A stretch of 64,000 bases of DNA, from positions 66,962,001 to 67,026,000 of the forward strand of contig NC_058368.1 of NCBI RefSeq assembly GCF_018350175.1, given 5' to 3'. Below the pieces are notes generated by a model. That model saw only the letters and a list, made by a program, of their open reading frames with translations. It did not search any database and had not been told where the DNA came from. The position numbers and the translations under genes were made by a program. Positions 1-13,700 of this stretch are shown piece by piece. How positions within the stretch are numbered: the first letter of the stretch is position 1; every line of letters begins with the position of its first letter. Source of the DNA: Felis catus (lineage: Eukaryota).

Positions 1-569
1 TTTAGGGTCTTTCCTCTGAGTTCTCAGGTCTAGAGATCTGTCTTGGGGCTCAGTACCTGCTTCCTAAAATCATTACCCCAGTTTTTCTCTTCCACTTTTG
101 CAGCCTTCCAATTCCTACATTAAATCCTTTCTGTTGAAATACTTTATGTTTCTGACTACGGCTTCTCCCCTCATAGACTCCCCTTTGTCAGTGCATCTTG
201 TGAACATCCTGACAGACAAGAAATTCTGCAACTTACCCAATAACATCCTGGCAGCCTAAATGAAACGGTAACTTTTTGATTAAGAGAATCCAAAATACTG
301 AAACAACTGTGACATGGTGAGAAGTACTATTTTACCCCTCTGTAAGAAGAGGCCAGATCTTGAATTTGAAAGATTTTCATGGTTGGCCATGGTAAAGGAA
401 AAGGACAATTCAAATAAACTTTTAATATGCAAATATGAAATCATTAGTTTATTTAATAGCACATTCTGAAGGTATAGTTAAGTACCTGAGTCACTATCAG
501 GAATGAGAGGAAAAATTAACAGAAAATGAACTTATTAGAGGTTTCTATCAGGTTGTATAAGGAAGGTTA

Positions 570-758
<189 letters not shown>

Positions 759-1045
759 TCAGTAAAGACAGGAGAAGCAGACTTAAGCCCTAAAACAATC
801 ATGACATTTTCATAATGTTTTTAAAAATCAAAAACATGAGATAGTTCTTAAAAAACTGAGTATAAGAAAACCTATTCAGAAGTTTCCTGTTTTGCATATG
901 ACGATGTTAAATATGCTTCCCTCCACTTGTTTGAAACTACCAAGAGTAGCACTGAGGAAATCTAGCTGTCTTAGGATGCCTAATAATATCGTTATCACCG
1001 TATAACTTCTTTTTGGTTTCTTCCTGCTTTCCAAAATTAACATTA

Positions 1046-1417
<372 letters not shown>

Positions 1418-1544
1418 CTAGTTCTTCTTACACATCTTACATGTCCAGTCACGTGAATGGGACAGTTACTTCTAATTACTGTCTACTTAAAGATGGTTGT
1501 GTCAACTCAGGCCAGAACTATTCTCTGACTTAGGAGCACATGAA

Positions 1545-1819
1545 TTTTTTAAAAAAATTTTTTAATGTTTTTATTTATTTTTGAGACAGAGAGAGACAGA
1601 CAATGAGCAGGGGAGGGGCAGAAAGAGAGGGAGACACAGAATCTAAAGCAGGCTCCAGGCTCTGAGCTGTCAGCACAGAGCTGGACACGGGGCTCGAACT
1701 CACAGACTGTGAGATCATGACCTGAGCTGAAGTCGGATGCTAACTGTCTGAGCCACCCAGGTGCCCCTGTTTATTTTTAATTATTTTGTTTTATTTAAAA
1801 AAAATTTAGGTTTATTTAT

Positions 1820-1858
<39 letters not shown>

Positions 1859-2030
1859 CCGCAAGCAGGGTAGAGACAGAGAGAGGAGCAGAGACAGAGA
1901 GAATCCCAAGCAGGCTTCCTAATGTCAACACAGAGCCCGGAGTGGGGTTCAAGCTCACAAACTGTGAGATCGTGACCTGTGCTGAAACCAAGAGTCAGAA
2001 GCCCAACCGACTGAGCCACTCAGGTGCCCC
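1545..2030 (-). mobile_element. Two adjacent/nested CAN-SINEs
   Basis: Two tRNA-derived heads (…caggtgcccc ending at 1767 and 2030), (GA)n and A-rich tails; outer TSD aggagcaca at 1532-1540 and 2031-2039. Confidence 0.9.
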
Positions 2031-2199
2031 AGGAGCACAAGCTTAACGGGAATCAAGACTCTTCTCTGTTGCCATCAGCAGGCATCATCTGTTCATGCAT
2101 TGAGAAATATGTACTATGTTAAATAATGCTATTCTCAAAGTAAAATGCGGAATAATGTTCCTTCATAATTTTTAGATAAAAGGTAACAGTAGGAATTTA

Positions 2200-2400
2200 C
2201 AAAGACAAAAAGCAAAAAACAGTGGTTGCTTGGGGGCAGAGGGTTAACTGTAAACAGAGAAGAGGGAATTTGGGGATGGTGACAGAAATGTCCTAACACT
2301 GGACTGCTATGATGATTAACTACAAATTTACCCAAATCACTGAATCACACTTATAACGAGGGGATTTTCTGGCATGTAAAATTATTTCTCAATAAAGTTC
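2200..2400 (+). mobile_element. Ancient L1M 3' UTR fragment
   Basis: gtggttgc…ggggatggtgacagaaatgtccta…tgtaaattatttctcaataaag resembles L1MB/MC 3' ends. Boundaries approximate. Confidence 0.65.
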
Positions 2401-3889
2401 GTGAAAAGAAATCATCTCAGTGTCCCCCATCCCTGCCACATGATGCCCACGAGGAACCTCCCCCTTGGGATTAATTAAGGAAATCGCTCAAAAAATGAAG
2501 CCATTTTTCTCAATGTAGTCTAAACATTTAAAAAAGTTAAAAGGATTGTTACGGTTGAGTCAAGCTTCCCAAAATACATTTTGTATAGGAGTTAGTACAC
2601 TAAAGAGAAGAAAAAAAAATTTTAATTATTGCAAGACGCAAGGTTCTCTAAAGGTATAATCTTGTCAGCACTTTACCATTTTGGAAGGTTTTAAAGTTAA
2701 AAAAAAAAATTTAAACAATGGCAAACCACAGCTCATATATTAGCAAACCTGGAACCTATTTGGGGGATGGCTCTTTCCCAAATTTAATCCATTCTGCTAG
2801 ACCAGTCAAGTTCATTTACTTTAATCTCGTAAATGTTTTGCAGTGAGTGAAAACTCATGAAAAATAGGGCACAACATCACATCTTATTTCCCCCAGACTA
2901 TGAGTTTAGATAGTGCTTATATTAATCTATCTTCATAAAACTGTAAGTTCCAAAAAACAAACTTTTATTTTTAAACACCAAAGATAAACTGAAACCACAC
3001 AGTGGTAGAGCTCAGCTCAATGAATACTCGTTTGGGAAAATTTTATAGAACAAGACCAAACTCAGGCTCCACTAGGGAGTTAAAGAACAGAGAGTAAATA
3101 CGTTACAAATTAAGAGACCAATGGATGAAAGGGTGATGGCCAATAAGCAGGGACACAGAACTACAATGTCAAATGACAAAACACAAGGGTGAGTGAGCAG
3201 TGGTTTTACAACATCCTAAATGCTGAAAGTACTTCTGTGAATGGGATTATTGTGCTTTTGATCAAAGTCCAATCCCCAGAAATGGGCAATGTGAGTTAGG
3301 ATTAAATACAGTATTGGTACCCAGCATTAGCATGAAAGGTACATAAAATCTAAAGAGGAAGATCTGGGTGGTGGGGGCCAGTCCTTGCACTGAAAATTAT
3401 GAAGTGGAAGATGTCCCTTTAGTCAACCTCTTCCACTACAAGTAGGAGGGCTCATGGGTGATTCTTTTTATGACACCCGTTCATCAATCTATAGCCCAGG
3501 TGATGGAACTGACCAAGGCTTTTATCAGCTCTGCCTTCTGAGCTGACTTTTGTAATACTTGTATAAGCCTGACTTTGAAGAAAGAACCTCATGCTTGCTC
3601 CTGACTCAGATGACAGCTCACCACTAGTCTGGTTTTTGATCCTCCTTTGGGTTGCCCATATCTGCCTGAAGAAGAATAAACAGGTTTCCCAGAAAACAGG
3701 CTTTTCTGAGACACACGTTTCTTCATTTATGAATCAGGGTTGATTATAAGAATGATACAAACATGAAGGCCCTCTGTAGTGTTTTCACACATTCAAGTTA
3801 TAATTAAGTACTAGAACCGAGAAAAAGGCGAGAGAGGTAGAACACAGGAAGTGGGGGTTACAACTGGAGAATCTGAAAACCTATCTGAT

Positions 3890-4150
3890 AGTAGAATATT
3901 ACCGTTCCATTTGAGTGAGATAAGGATTATGTAGGAGGATGTCCTTACTCTTATAAGGTATATATTTATGTACCTAAGGGTGAATTACAACTTATAATGA
4001 AAATGTCTGCAATTTGTTTTCCAGCAGTTGAGCACCACAGAGACTGCAGAAAAGAGGAAGCAAATGTGGCAATATATTAACCAGTGAATCTAGGTGAAGG
4101 GTACATGTGTGTTCATGATACTATTACTTCTACTCTCTTGTGATTTAACA
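3890..4150 (+). mobile_element. Ancient L1ME-like 3' fragment
   Basis: aaatgtggcaa…gaatctaggtgaagggtacatgtgtgttcat…tactatt resembles old L1 3' ends. Confidence 0.55.
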
Positions 4151-4350
4151 TTTTTTATTTTATTTTAAAGGTTATTATTGAGAGAGAGTGCGCACACGAG
4201 TGGGGAAGTTTGTTTATTTTTGAGAAAGAGAATCTCAAGCAGGCCCTGTGCTGTCAGTGACATGGGACTCGATCTCATGAACTGTGACATCATGACCTGA
4301 GCCAAAATCAAGAGATGGATGCTTAACCGACTGAGCCACCCAGGTGCCCC
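4150..4350 (-). mobile_element. CAN-SINE
   Basis: Ends …actgagccacccaggtgcccc. Confidence 0.9.
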
Positions 4351-4988
4351 TGAAATTTTTTAAATAAAGAATTGGGACCTTGAAGCCAGACTGCCTAAGC
4401 ATGAGTACTGCCAACTGGGCAAGTTCCTGAACTTTCTCTATCTTAACTTCTTGACCTTTAAATAAAACTGTAATAATTCCAAAGGTGTCTACCTTCTAAC
4501 GTTGGGATAGAAAATGAGTCAGTATGTGTAGGGTTTCCAACAGTGTTTGATACAAACTAAGAGATCAATAGGTATCATCTATCCATAATGTGGTCAGTTA
4601 CCATCCCTTCATGTTCTGCTTTATTTTTCTTCTTCACCTATATCAGCACAGAAGCTTGATTACATATGCATTGGCTTTATTTTCCATCTTCTCCCTGAGA
4701 TTTACTCCAAGAGAGTTACTGTCTCTTTTAATGACTGGAGGGGTTCTAGAATCTATAAGGATGCCTCTCTAAAAAGTCTTGAAGGGTACTTGTTGGATGT
4801 GTGAAAGAAGCCACAAGTGTATCCCATTTTGTGACATATGTTCCTATAAAAATTGGAAAATATATCCATATAGATTATCTATACAATACTATTTTCTTAC
4901 TAAATGTCACTGTAAAAGAAATGTATTCTTTACAACTATGTACCTTCAAGATATCATAATGTTGTACTTTAAAATGTACAAAGCATAT

Positions 4989-5196
4989 GGGGCGCTTGGG
5001 TGGCTCAGTTGGTTAAGCATCCAACTTCGGCTCAGGTCATGATCTCACAGTTTTTATGAGTTCAAGCCTCGCGTCAGGCTCTGTATTGACAACTCAGAGC
5101 CTGGAGCCTGCTTCGGATTCTGTGTCTCCCTCTCTCTCTGCCTCTCCTTTACTCATACTCTGTCTCTCTCTCTCAAAAATAAATATTAAGAAATAT
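4989..5196 (+). mobile_element. CAN-SINE (felid type)
   Basis: ggggcgcttgggtggctcag head, (CT)n, aataaa; TSD tttaaaatgtacaaagcat. Confidence 0.93.
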
Positions 5197-5808
5197 TTTA
5201 AAATGTACAAAGCATTTAATTAAAAAAATTATAGTTTAAGGAAAACAGGTCAAATAATGGTATCCAAAATGACTTAGTATAGAGTACTTCAGATTTTTAA
5301 GCTTAGGAAAATAATTACAGCAAAATTGAAAATAATAAACTGAATTTATAAGACACCCATTTCCATCATCATATACTACGTGTACTGAATCCACCAGGTG
5401 CCAGCACCCTCACAGGAGGTTAACACAGATGTCCAATGATCTCCACGTTCCGTGGAACTTTCTGACTTTTCAAAGAAGAAAGGCTGATGTGGGCTAGAAA
5501 GAGAAGAGAGACACTGAAATGCAATCAACAGGTGGACAAGGGCTTTTGCTAGAACAAAGCCAAGAGTAAATGAAGTAAAGGGGGAGCCCATTGACCAAAA
5601 TACATGGCCCAGGGGAAACTGCAAATGCAACATGTCAGGAAAGCAAGAGCTGAATTACATTTCCCCATGTATACACTGCTGATGCTCAGAGTTCTTGGTC
5701 TTGGCTTCCTGTATAATGAGATGTACCTGTATTCTAATAGAGATACCATCAGTGTTGAATGTAACTAGATGGTTTCTCCACAGTTCTGACATGATGTACC
5801 ATATTCTT

Positions 5809-6045
5809 TAAAACAAAATTTTTTTAATGTTTGTTCATTTATTTTGAAAGAGAAAGAGAGAGAGAGAGAGAGAGCGTGCGCGCAAGCAGGGGAGGGGCAG
5901 AGAGAGAGGGAGACAGAATGCCAAGCAGGCTCCACACCATCAACGAAGAACCTGATGCAGGGCTTGAACCCATGAACCGTGAGATCATGACCCGAGTCGA
6001 AATCAAGAGATGGATGCTTAACCAAATGAGCCACCCAGGTGCCCC
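5809..6045 (-). mobile_element. CAN-SINE
   Basis: TSD atgtaccatattctt on both sides. Confidence 0.92.
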
Positions 6046-8023
6046 AATGTACCATATTCTTGGTCACATATCCCAGTATTAAAGCTGTTTTGTTTTTTTT
6101 TTTTAAAGAAGTAACATACCGCTGAATTTCTGAGTTTTATCTGGTATGATCTTTTGCCCTTTGACTAATAAACTGCTTCATTTCTAGTCATTACTTATAT
6201 TTAGGAACTGCTGGTGCTTTGCAAGTGCCCTTACCGCTACTAATTTCTAATGAACTTTCTTTGGTTTATGGCTATTTGTCAATATATGAAAAAAGAGCCT
6301 GGATGAGATGGCCAACTGTCTCCCTTCTGAACACCCAACTCATCCAGAGAGGAGGAGAAAACACAGCTAAGAAGACTTAAAAAAAAAAAAAAAAAAAGCA
6401 TCTTTTCCTTTTAATTCAAGTTCTTAAAGAAGAGAAAATAGTAGTGCTCTCTTACTGGCTCTCAAGCCGACCCTGTGAACTTGGGTTCCAGTTTCCAGTT
6501 TGGCATCACTTGTAGACCAGCTGACCAGGGTGTTCAGTCCACCTTATAGGGAGCTGCCAAAGATACCAGGTCTCCTGCCATCTGTTAAAGAGCAGGACTG
6601 GTTATGATGCTCAGGTTCAGATGTAAAGGGACGCAGCAAGCCACGGAGACGATGGGTAGACTGAATAGGATAAATCCAGAAGAATCTGAATGGCACTAGA
6701 CTTGTATGCTGAATCCTCTGTATGGTGTCTCTCCAGGTAAATGCACATACACTACACCATGGGTACAATTTTTAGGGAAGATTCTTATTCCATAGTGTAA
6801 AGGCCTGGAGATTCTAAGGAATCCAGGTGAAGAGTCCCTGACCTACTACAGAATGATCCCAACCTCCCTGAGCAGGCTCATGAAACCTTTACAATGACTG
6901 TGAAAGGTCTGTTGCATTTCATCTGCCAGGAGTATGATCCAGATGATAAAAGCAATAAGGTGCATGAGAGAAAATCTGGAGAATTCAGAAAAGTCAAAGA
7001 GGAAAAGAAAAAAAAATCACTTATCATTACTCCCCAAATAAGCAAGGTTTATGTTTTGGTGCCTTCATCAGGTACATGTTCCATGACTTCTCACTCTGAG
7101 AGGGAGCGCCGAAGCAATGAGGTCAGCTGCATAAGCAACACACGAAAACCACTCACTTCACTTTGTTAAACCATCATGTTTATTCCTATTTATAGGAAGT
7201 TCCAAATGCAGTTGAAAATAAAGGTAAATCTTACCATTACCACTTGCAACACATCACTTTTAGAATTCTAGCAGGCTACTAAATTTTAATTTTGGCAGAA
7301 GAAAGAAGATGAAATACAAGTGATGATCAAAGTTCTAAGATTTTATATGGTTTGTCTCCTAATTAACATTTCTTTATGGTCCTGGGACAATGTGTTTCTA
7401 GAGTAATTTTACTATCTGGGAATCTATGAGGAGAGATCTCAAGCTCTGAAACAAAGAGAAAAATGATTTGCCAGTAATTCCTGTTTTATTGAGGTGTGCC
7501 ACAATTACACCATTAAGTTTATCACAGGAGTTCAAGAGCAGTGGATCGTCCTATTTTTCCCTAGGTTTGATGGCTAACTGTTGTTCTACACACCTCCTCT
7601 TCTAGAATTTCACTGGAGAAAGACTCACAAACTTAACTGAAATCAGAGATCAAGTGCTTTCAAGTAGGAAGGACAAGGTGAAGTATTCGGCCCAATTTAG
7701 GCAAATAAAATCCCTTCAGTTACTGGAAAGCAGGGTGGGTGTGTAAAGACTCAGCACTGACATGCCTTCAGAAACCAGAATTACTGGCAGGAAACCGTCG
7801 AGCTTCCAACTCTCCCCGCTCACAGGCACAGCTCACCTATAAACTGAAAGATTTCAGAGTGTTCCCTGGAAGGGTGACACTAAATGACAAACACACTGAG
7901 GCAAAACAACCACAATGTGAGTGATCAGTCACTGGGATCTGTGAGAGATTTTTTTTAAAAAGAATCAAGCCACACGTTCCCAAAAAGAAAAGATCAAATA
8001 TTTAGTACCTATTTATTAGGTAC

Positions 8024-8200
8024 TTTTTAAATGTTTATTTATTTATTTTTGAGAGAGAGGGACAGAACAGGAAAGGAGCAGAGTGAAAGGGAGAGAGAAT
8101 CTCAAGCAGGCTCCACGGTGTCGGCACACAGTTGTGAGATCGTGACCTGAGCCAAAATCAAGAGTTGGACACTGAACTGACGGAACCACCCAGGTGCCCC
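8024..8200 (-). mobile_element. CAN-SINE
   Basis: tRNA head ending caggtgcccc, with T-rich tail. Confidence 0.88.
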
Positions 8201-9049
8201 TTAAGGGCTGACTTTTTAAAAGCAAAAGACTGAGCTGGGTCCCATGAGGGATTAGAAGTCCAAGATTTGGAAGTATGATGTGGTTTCTGACTTCCGGGAG
8301 CTTGGAATCAATTGCAGAATGAGGGCAAATACACAGAACGATTAGTGTTAAAATATACAAACCAACAGCATCTTAACAGCCGATATCCTTCCATGCCCTT
8401 CCATGCAAGGGCAGGGAATTTCAAAGAGATGGTCCAAATGGAAACGCTGCACAAATAATAGAACATCCTCTAGAGATGAATATATCGGTATAAAAACTTA
8501 GCAAAAGTTCCGGGGTCCTGTTACCTACATTTACTCAGTAGCATTAAAATGACACATTTGTCAAAAATAATTATTACACGTTCTAGCTGTATTATTTACC
8601 TTTACAAACACTTTCTTACAAAACTTCAAAGCATTTCATTAGGATGAGCTCATTTATCTTTCAGTTAATAATGAAAAACTATGATTGTCTCTATTTAGTG
8701 GGTGCCCCCTAAGAACAGATTAGTGAAATATACGTTGCAGGCTAACTGGCCACCAAAACTTGAATCCATAAATATAACCTCAAGCTTTGCTGAAGACAAG
8801 TAAGATACGTATCTAGTTGCTTTGCATTCTAGGAAGAAAGTTAACCGTGAAAACATGAGACACTTCATTTTTGGTTCGCATCATCATCAATACATACATT
8901 TTAAGTATATCCACGTCATCAATGTTCTCCTGGGTGGTCGACAGTCAGTTAAACCAGTTAAGTTCCCAGTAACTACCTGCAATATTCCAGAAGTACGTAC
9001 ATATATACTGATGGTAACGAGTTTAAAATAATTGCATTTTATAAGTTAC

Positions 9050-9139
9050 CTCTGTTAAGGCACTCCACAGTTCCTCGTCCGTATGTTCATTAAAGGGATC
9101 CAGATTTTTCCTCATTGTTCCAGTGAATAAAACAGGTTC
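9050..9139 (-). CDS. ABCC4: ABCC4 exon 27 (90 nt): [30 protein letters not shown]
   Basis: Acceptor atttag|GAA CCT; donor GAG|gtaact; typical ABCC NBD2 motif PVLFxGTxRxNLDPF. Read by hand. Confidence 0.96.
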
Positions 9140-10569
9140 CTAAATATTCCAGAATAGTGAATGTTATTACTGTAGCCTCTTTTCATTTTATTTCGATGCT
9201 AAATTCCAAAACAGAATTAAAATATAAAAACCAGAATTCACTATAATCATTAACACGAAGGTTGCAGATGCCTGTTTACAAAATAGTATATCTATTAATT
9301 TTCCATCCTACAAAGTTTGACCCCCAGTGTCTTCCGGACCACTGAACACTAACAGAAGAAACTGCTGAAGTGTGTCGTCTTAAGAAGAAACTGAAGAAGA
9401 GAAATGAAGGTTTGGTTTTTGAAAATGCTTTCCTAGTAATATCTGCTTAAACAGGAAAAACAAGGATATAATTATTTGAGGGGCTTTACATCAAGAGATG
9501 TCAGTTTATTATCAATCCTGGTGTGACACTGGAAAACACCAACAGGACGATTAGTTGACCTTTGTGACTCAAAGCAAACTCTCAAGTATGTTCCCATTTG
9601 CACTGATGAAGAAGCCAGGATATTTCCTCCTTCGGTAGAAGAGTTTTCTTGGATTGGGAATCTGTCCCCATGTGCAAAGGGGACATCCTGTTTTTTGTCC
9701 AAAGAGAATGTAAACTAATGGGCCCAGTGGCGCCTTTATTCTCGAGGAGATGCCTATGGTTTTGCATCAGCTAATCCCCACATTATCTTGTCTGTGCATC
9801 AGGATTACATGCCTCACAGAACCTCGTTATTAACTGCAAGGGGAGGATAACCTGAAACCCATTGTGACGTGCGTCATAATAAAATGATTTTAATTTAAAT
9901 AGCTCTTCCTATTCATGTGCTTCAGGAGGAGCCACAATTAAATTACTCTTGCAATATATGCCTCCTTCTGGGTTTCAGGAGAGAATCTGGTGCATAACCT
10001 TAGGTAGGCCATTAACGTTTTCTTCTGGAAGGCTCTGATAACCCAGGCCGTAAGAACACGGACAGCAGACACTAGAGGTGGTACAGCACCGAGATGCACA
10101 CAGATGGGGGAATCAGAGAAGATTGGACTCTTCCACAGGCATCCAAGCACGGCTCGAGGGAATCGCCAGCCTCAAATCTTGCCTGACCTTGGGGCTGGAC
10201 TATTCCTCCTCTCTTCTCAAAAGCCTGAGAGGACTAAGAAGGTAAACTTTTCTCAAGCCGCGAAGAAGAATGACACTCAGAGAGCCTCCTGGACCATCTT
10301 TTCCTATGGTCTCAATTTTAAGACTGAGGAGGGACAAATGGATGCAGAAGACAGAGACGTGTGCCACCAAAAAATGTGCATGCCTGAAGGCAAATTCCAA
10401 ATATTGAAAGACATTTAAAAAGGACACATCATTTTTATCAAGTAAGTGGCCAATATGCCCCAAAAGCACTGAAAAATCACTGGTCATTCAATGTTTCAAG
10501 AATAAATTACTGAACTGCACGATCCCAAGACCCCAGTTAAAAGTCACCCTTAACTTTCTCATAAGCCTT

Positions 10570-10742
10570 CTCCCTGCTGCATCTGTGTTTTTCTCCTCTT
10601 CTTATAAGGACACTTATCACGGGATATACGCATCACCCAGTCAATCCTGAGATCCTTCACTTAATTACACCTCCAAAGACCACGGTACCAGGGGTTAGGA
10701 CTTGGACATATCTTTGGAGGAACCACAATTCAACCCAATACA
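10570..10742 (-). mobile_element. MLT1-type MaLR LTR fragment
   Basis: tctcctcttcttataaggacac…ggttaggacttggacatatcttt…cacaattcaacccaataca is typical of the MLT1 end. Confidence 0.75.
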
Positions 10743-13700
10743 GCACCTTTTTTCCTATTATCTACTGCAATACTTATTTTATCTTTCTACTATTTTAATT
10801 TTGGGGCACAATTTTATATGCAAAGCTTCATAAAAGAAAATTTTCACTGTCATAAATAAATAAATAGTCTACCCTAAAACTACCGAACTTAGGACCAAAG
10901 ACTGAACAACAATTTAAGCAACAGTAAGAGTTCCTTGTCAGGGGAATAATCATCATTCTATTTGGGATTTTAAATTCTTCATTCATCCTACTTCAGAAAT
11001 TCTTCAGATTCTACTTGATCTTACTTTGTAATTATCAACTCAAAGAGTCCATCAAGGCCAATGCGTCTCCTCCTCCAGCTGATTCTCTGAGGTTTATAAA
11101 AACGACAGGGCCAGATGGGGGAGGGCTGCTACCCAACCTTCCTCACTTCCTGATGCTCTGCCCCGTCCCGCCAAGGCTCTGAACCATGGGCAGTATCCAC
11201 TCCGGGGCCCAAGCTGAGAGACTCTGAGGACTGGTGGTTAAGGAGATGAAGGGGCTGAAAGAGAACAGGCTAAGGGATGGGCTTCAAGCCAGTGAAAGAA
11301 GTGGGAGGTGGTCTCTGTTCATAGCAACCACGAGCCTATCCAGGTTTACGTGACCTGTTGGCCTTCATGTGCCTGTCACAGTGCAAATGCACATCCGGTA
11401 AGAAGTCTAGGAAAAAGTGTCCACCAGGCTTTCAAAGTACGCTCTATGGAAGTGTTACCTAAGCTCACCTACCAAAAAACTGCCTTGTTGTTAAAAGACA
11501 GACCTTTCTTCCTTTGTGAAACGATGAAAAGGCCCTGTATCTGCCCATTTGGGAGCCACGGTTTGGGTGGTTCAACAGGACAGGCACAGGAGCACACGTT
11601 TAAAGTTCGATCGCCTACTTCATTAACAGGAAGGGTCCCTCTCGTCACCCCCTTCACCTTTTTCTCTTTGGGAAAGTTCCTGAAATGGATCCATCTCTCC
11701 AAAGACTGGGGCACTAATGTGGGACTTGTTGCCGAGATCGAAGTTGCTCACTCTGATGCTGAGCCTGCAGCAGCTTTATGCTGAGTTTTAAACAGAGACC
11801 TCAGCTATCTGTAGGCCTTAAGGAGGCCCTGTTAATTATCAGCAAGTCACTGCTATCATAAATAGAAAAAGTTACATTTTCAGCATTTCCCAATGCAAGA
11901 AGGGTCCCCACTTAAATCCATACAGTCAACCTAAAGGGATACAGTAGGCGACTGCTCATGTTTAGTTAGCAGCTATTAGAACAAAGTAGTTCAGTAAACT
12001 AGAATATTTTTTTTGTTATGACATGCAAAGATGTATTCCAAAATGAGCACAATTTCGATCAAAACTTGAATGAAGAGAATGATTTATTAAAAGATTAGCT
12101 GAATGAAGCTGCCTTTTTCTTTAAAAGCAGCAGGCAATTTGTTAACAGTGTCTGTTTCACCATGCCCGTGTGCTTTATGCATGGTGCTCGTTTTGGTTTC
12201 TATCTATTCCGCTTTTATCCACTTGCCAAGTAAGAAACCACTATATTATCTTCAAAAGGTGATAAAAGTATTCACAGGAGACACACACTGCAAGAGCAGA
12301 TAAGGGTCAAATTAATTATCATTTCTGATAGGTACTATTATTTAAAGTACCCACCTCCAAGCAATTGAAGTTAATAAACTAATCTTATAATGAATAAGTG
12401 TTGTAAAAAATGTTTGCAGGCAGAACATTTCAGTGCAGAGATTTATGGTAGGACATACAACCTTCATGTAAACATATACACTAAATATATTAGCCTAAGT
12501 ATATATTTTTCTGAAGGTACACAATTAAACCTCATTTAATAAGAGTTAGCTGGCATGCTACGGTTAGGTAAACCAATGTTTTTGTTTGGGGTAATATTTT
12601 AACTGAAACGTTAGTATCAAACCTGGTTGTTGTTGTTTTTTTTTTTTTTTTTTTATCAGTTTCAAGTTGACTTTTTTTTTCTTTTTATCTTTTGTGCCAT
12701 GTTCAGCAATTTTTTCCTTTGTTACAAACATACCACAAGTTCGTATCAGCCATGTGACCCAAAATGGCCACCTCTGAATCAAAGCATTTGGCGTAGTAAA
12801 TTGATAATCCCTCAACACAACGGGGAGACTGAGAACCATGGTCTTGTTAGCCCTTTTGTGTATGCTACTGGAAGACAAACCTCTCATTATCCCAAAAAGA
12901 AACCCTACCCACTAACCTTCAGAAGCTTAAAACGACCCTGGTCCAAGACAAAAACCATACAAGTGGTTACAAACCAGGCAGAGAAAGCACAACACTTTAC
13001 TGTACCCTAATCACGCCAGCCCCCAACCAGGAAACCGCCCTCTACTAAAATATATCCCCCAGAGCGGCTGCTGGTTCCATGCGTCCTGACAGCTACATTT
13101 TCATTTCTGAGCAAAGCACCTTTATTAAGGGCAGCTCGTCTCCCAGTTGCAAGAATGAGACAATCACCTGAAGTAGCTTTAAATCTTGATTTCCTTTTTT
13201 TTTTCTTTTTTTAAAAATCCTGTAGCCCCTGAATGAACCGATCATCATCCATATTCAGAAGAAAAGAACATTGTTTGCCGACAAAGGAAAAAGAATTTAA
13301 GTCGTGTAAAGTCCTCTTTCGATACAGAAAGGTCAGGAGCTCTGGGGAGCAGTTCCAAGGGCTTTAATGAAGACTTCAGTGTCAGAAACAAAAGGCCGAC
13401 TCCATTAGGCTAGAATCCAGTTGTATTTCTTTACTAGTAACAGCATACCCACCTCTTCTCTCTCTCTGAGTTTTGTTCTCAACAAGGGAAGAAAAAAAAA
13501 GAGAGAAAAGAAAACCAGGTAATAACGAAGAAGTCTTAAAGAGACAGCTTCGCTTAGCCTTTTCCAACCCACTGAGGATAACCCAGGGAATAGAAATACC
13601 AAAGGAGCACAGTGGACTGCTTAAAAAATATCTAGGTTTTGCTTTGATTTTAAAAAGTCTATTAAATATAAAAAGCGAATCTGTTTAATCACGATGAAGA

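Noticed and set aside
5391..5407. CTCF-like ccaccaggtgccagcac
   Set aside because: Mismatch at a highly conserved G of the core (GGTGCC instead of GGTGGC); cannot be supported without ChIP data.
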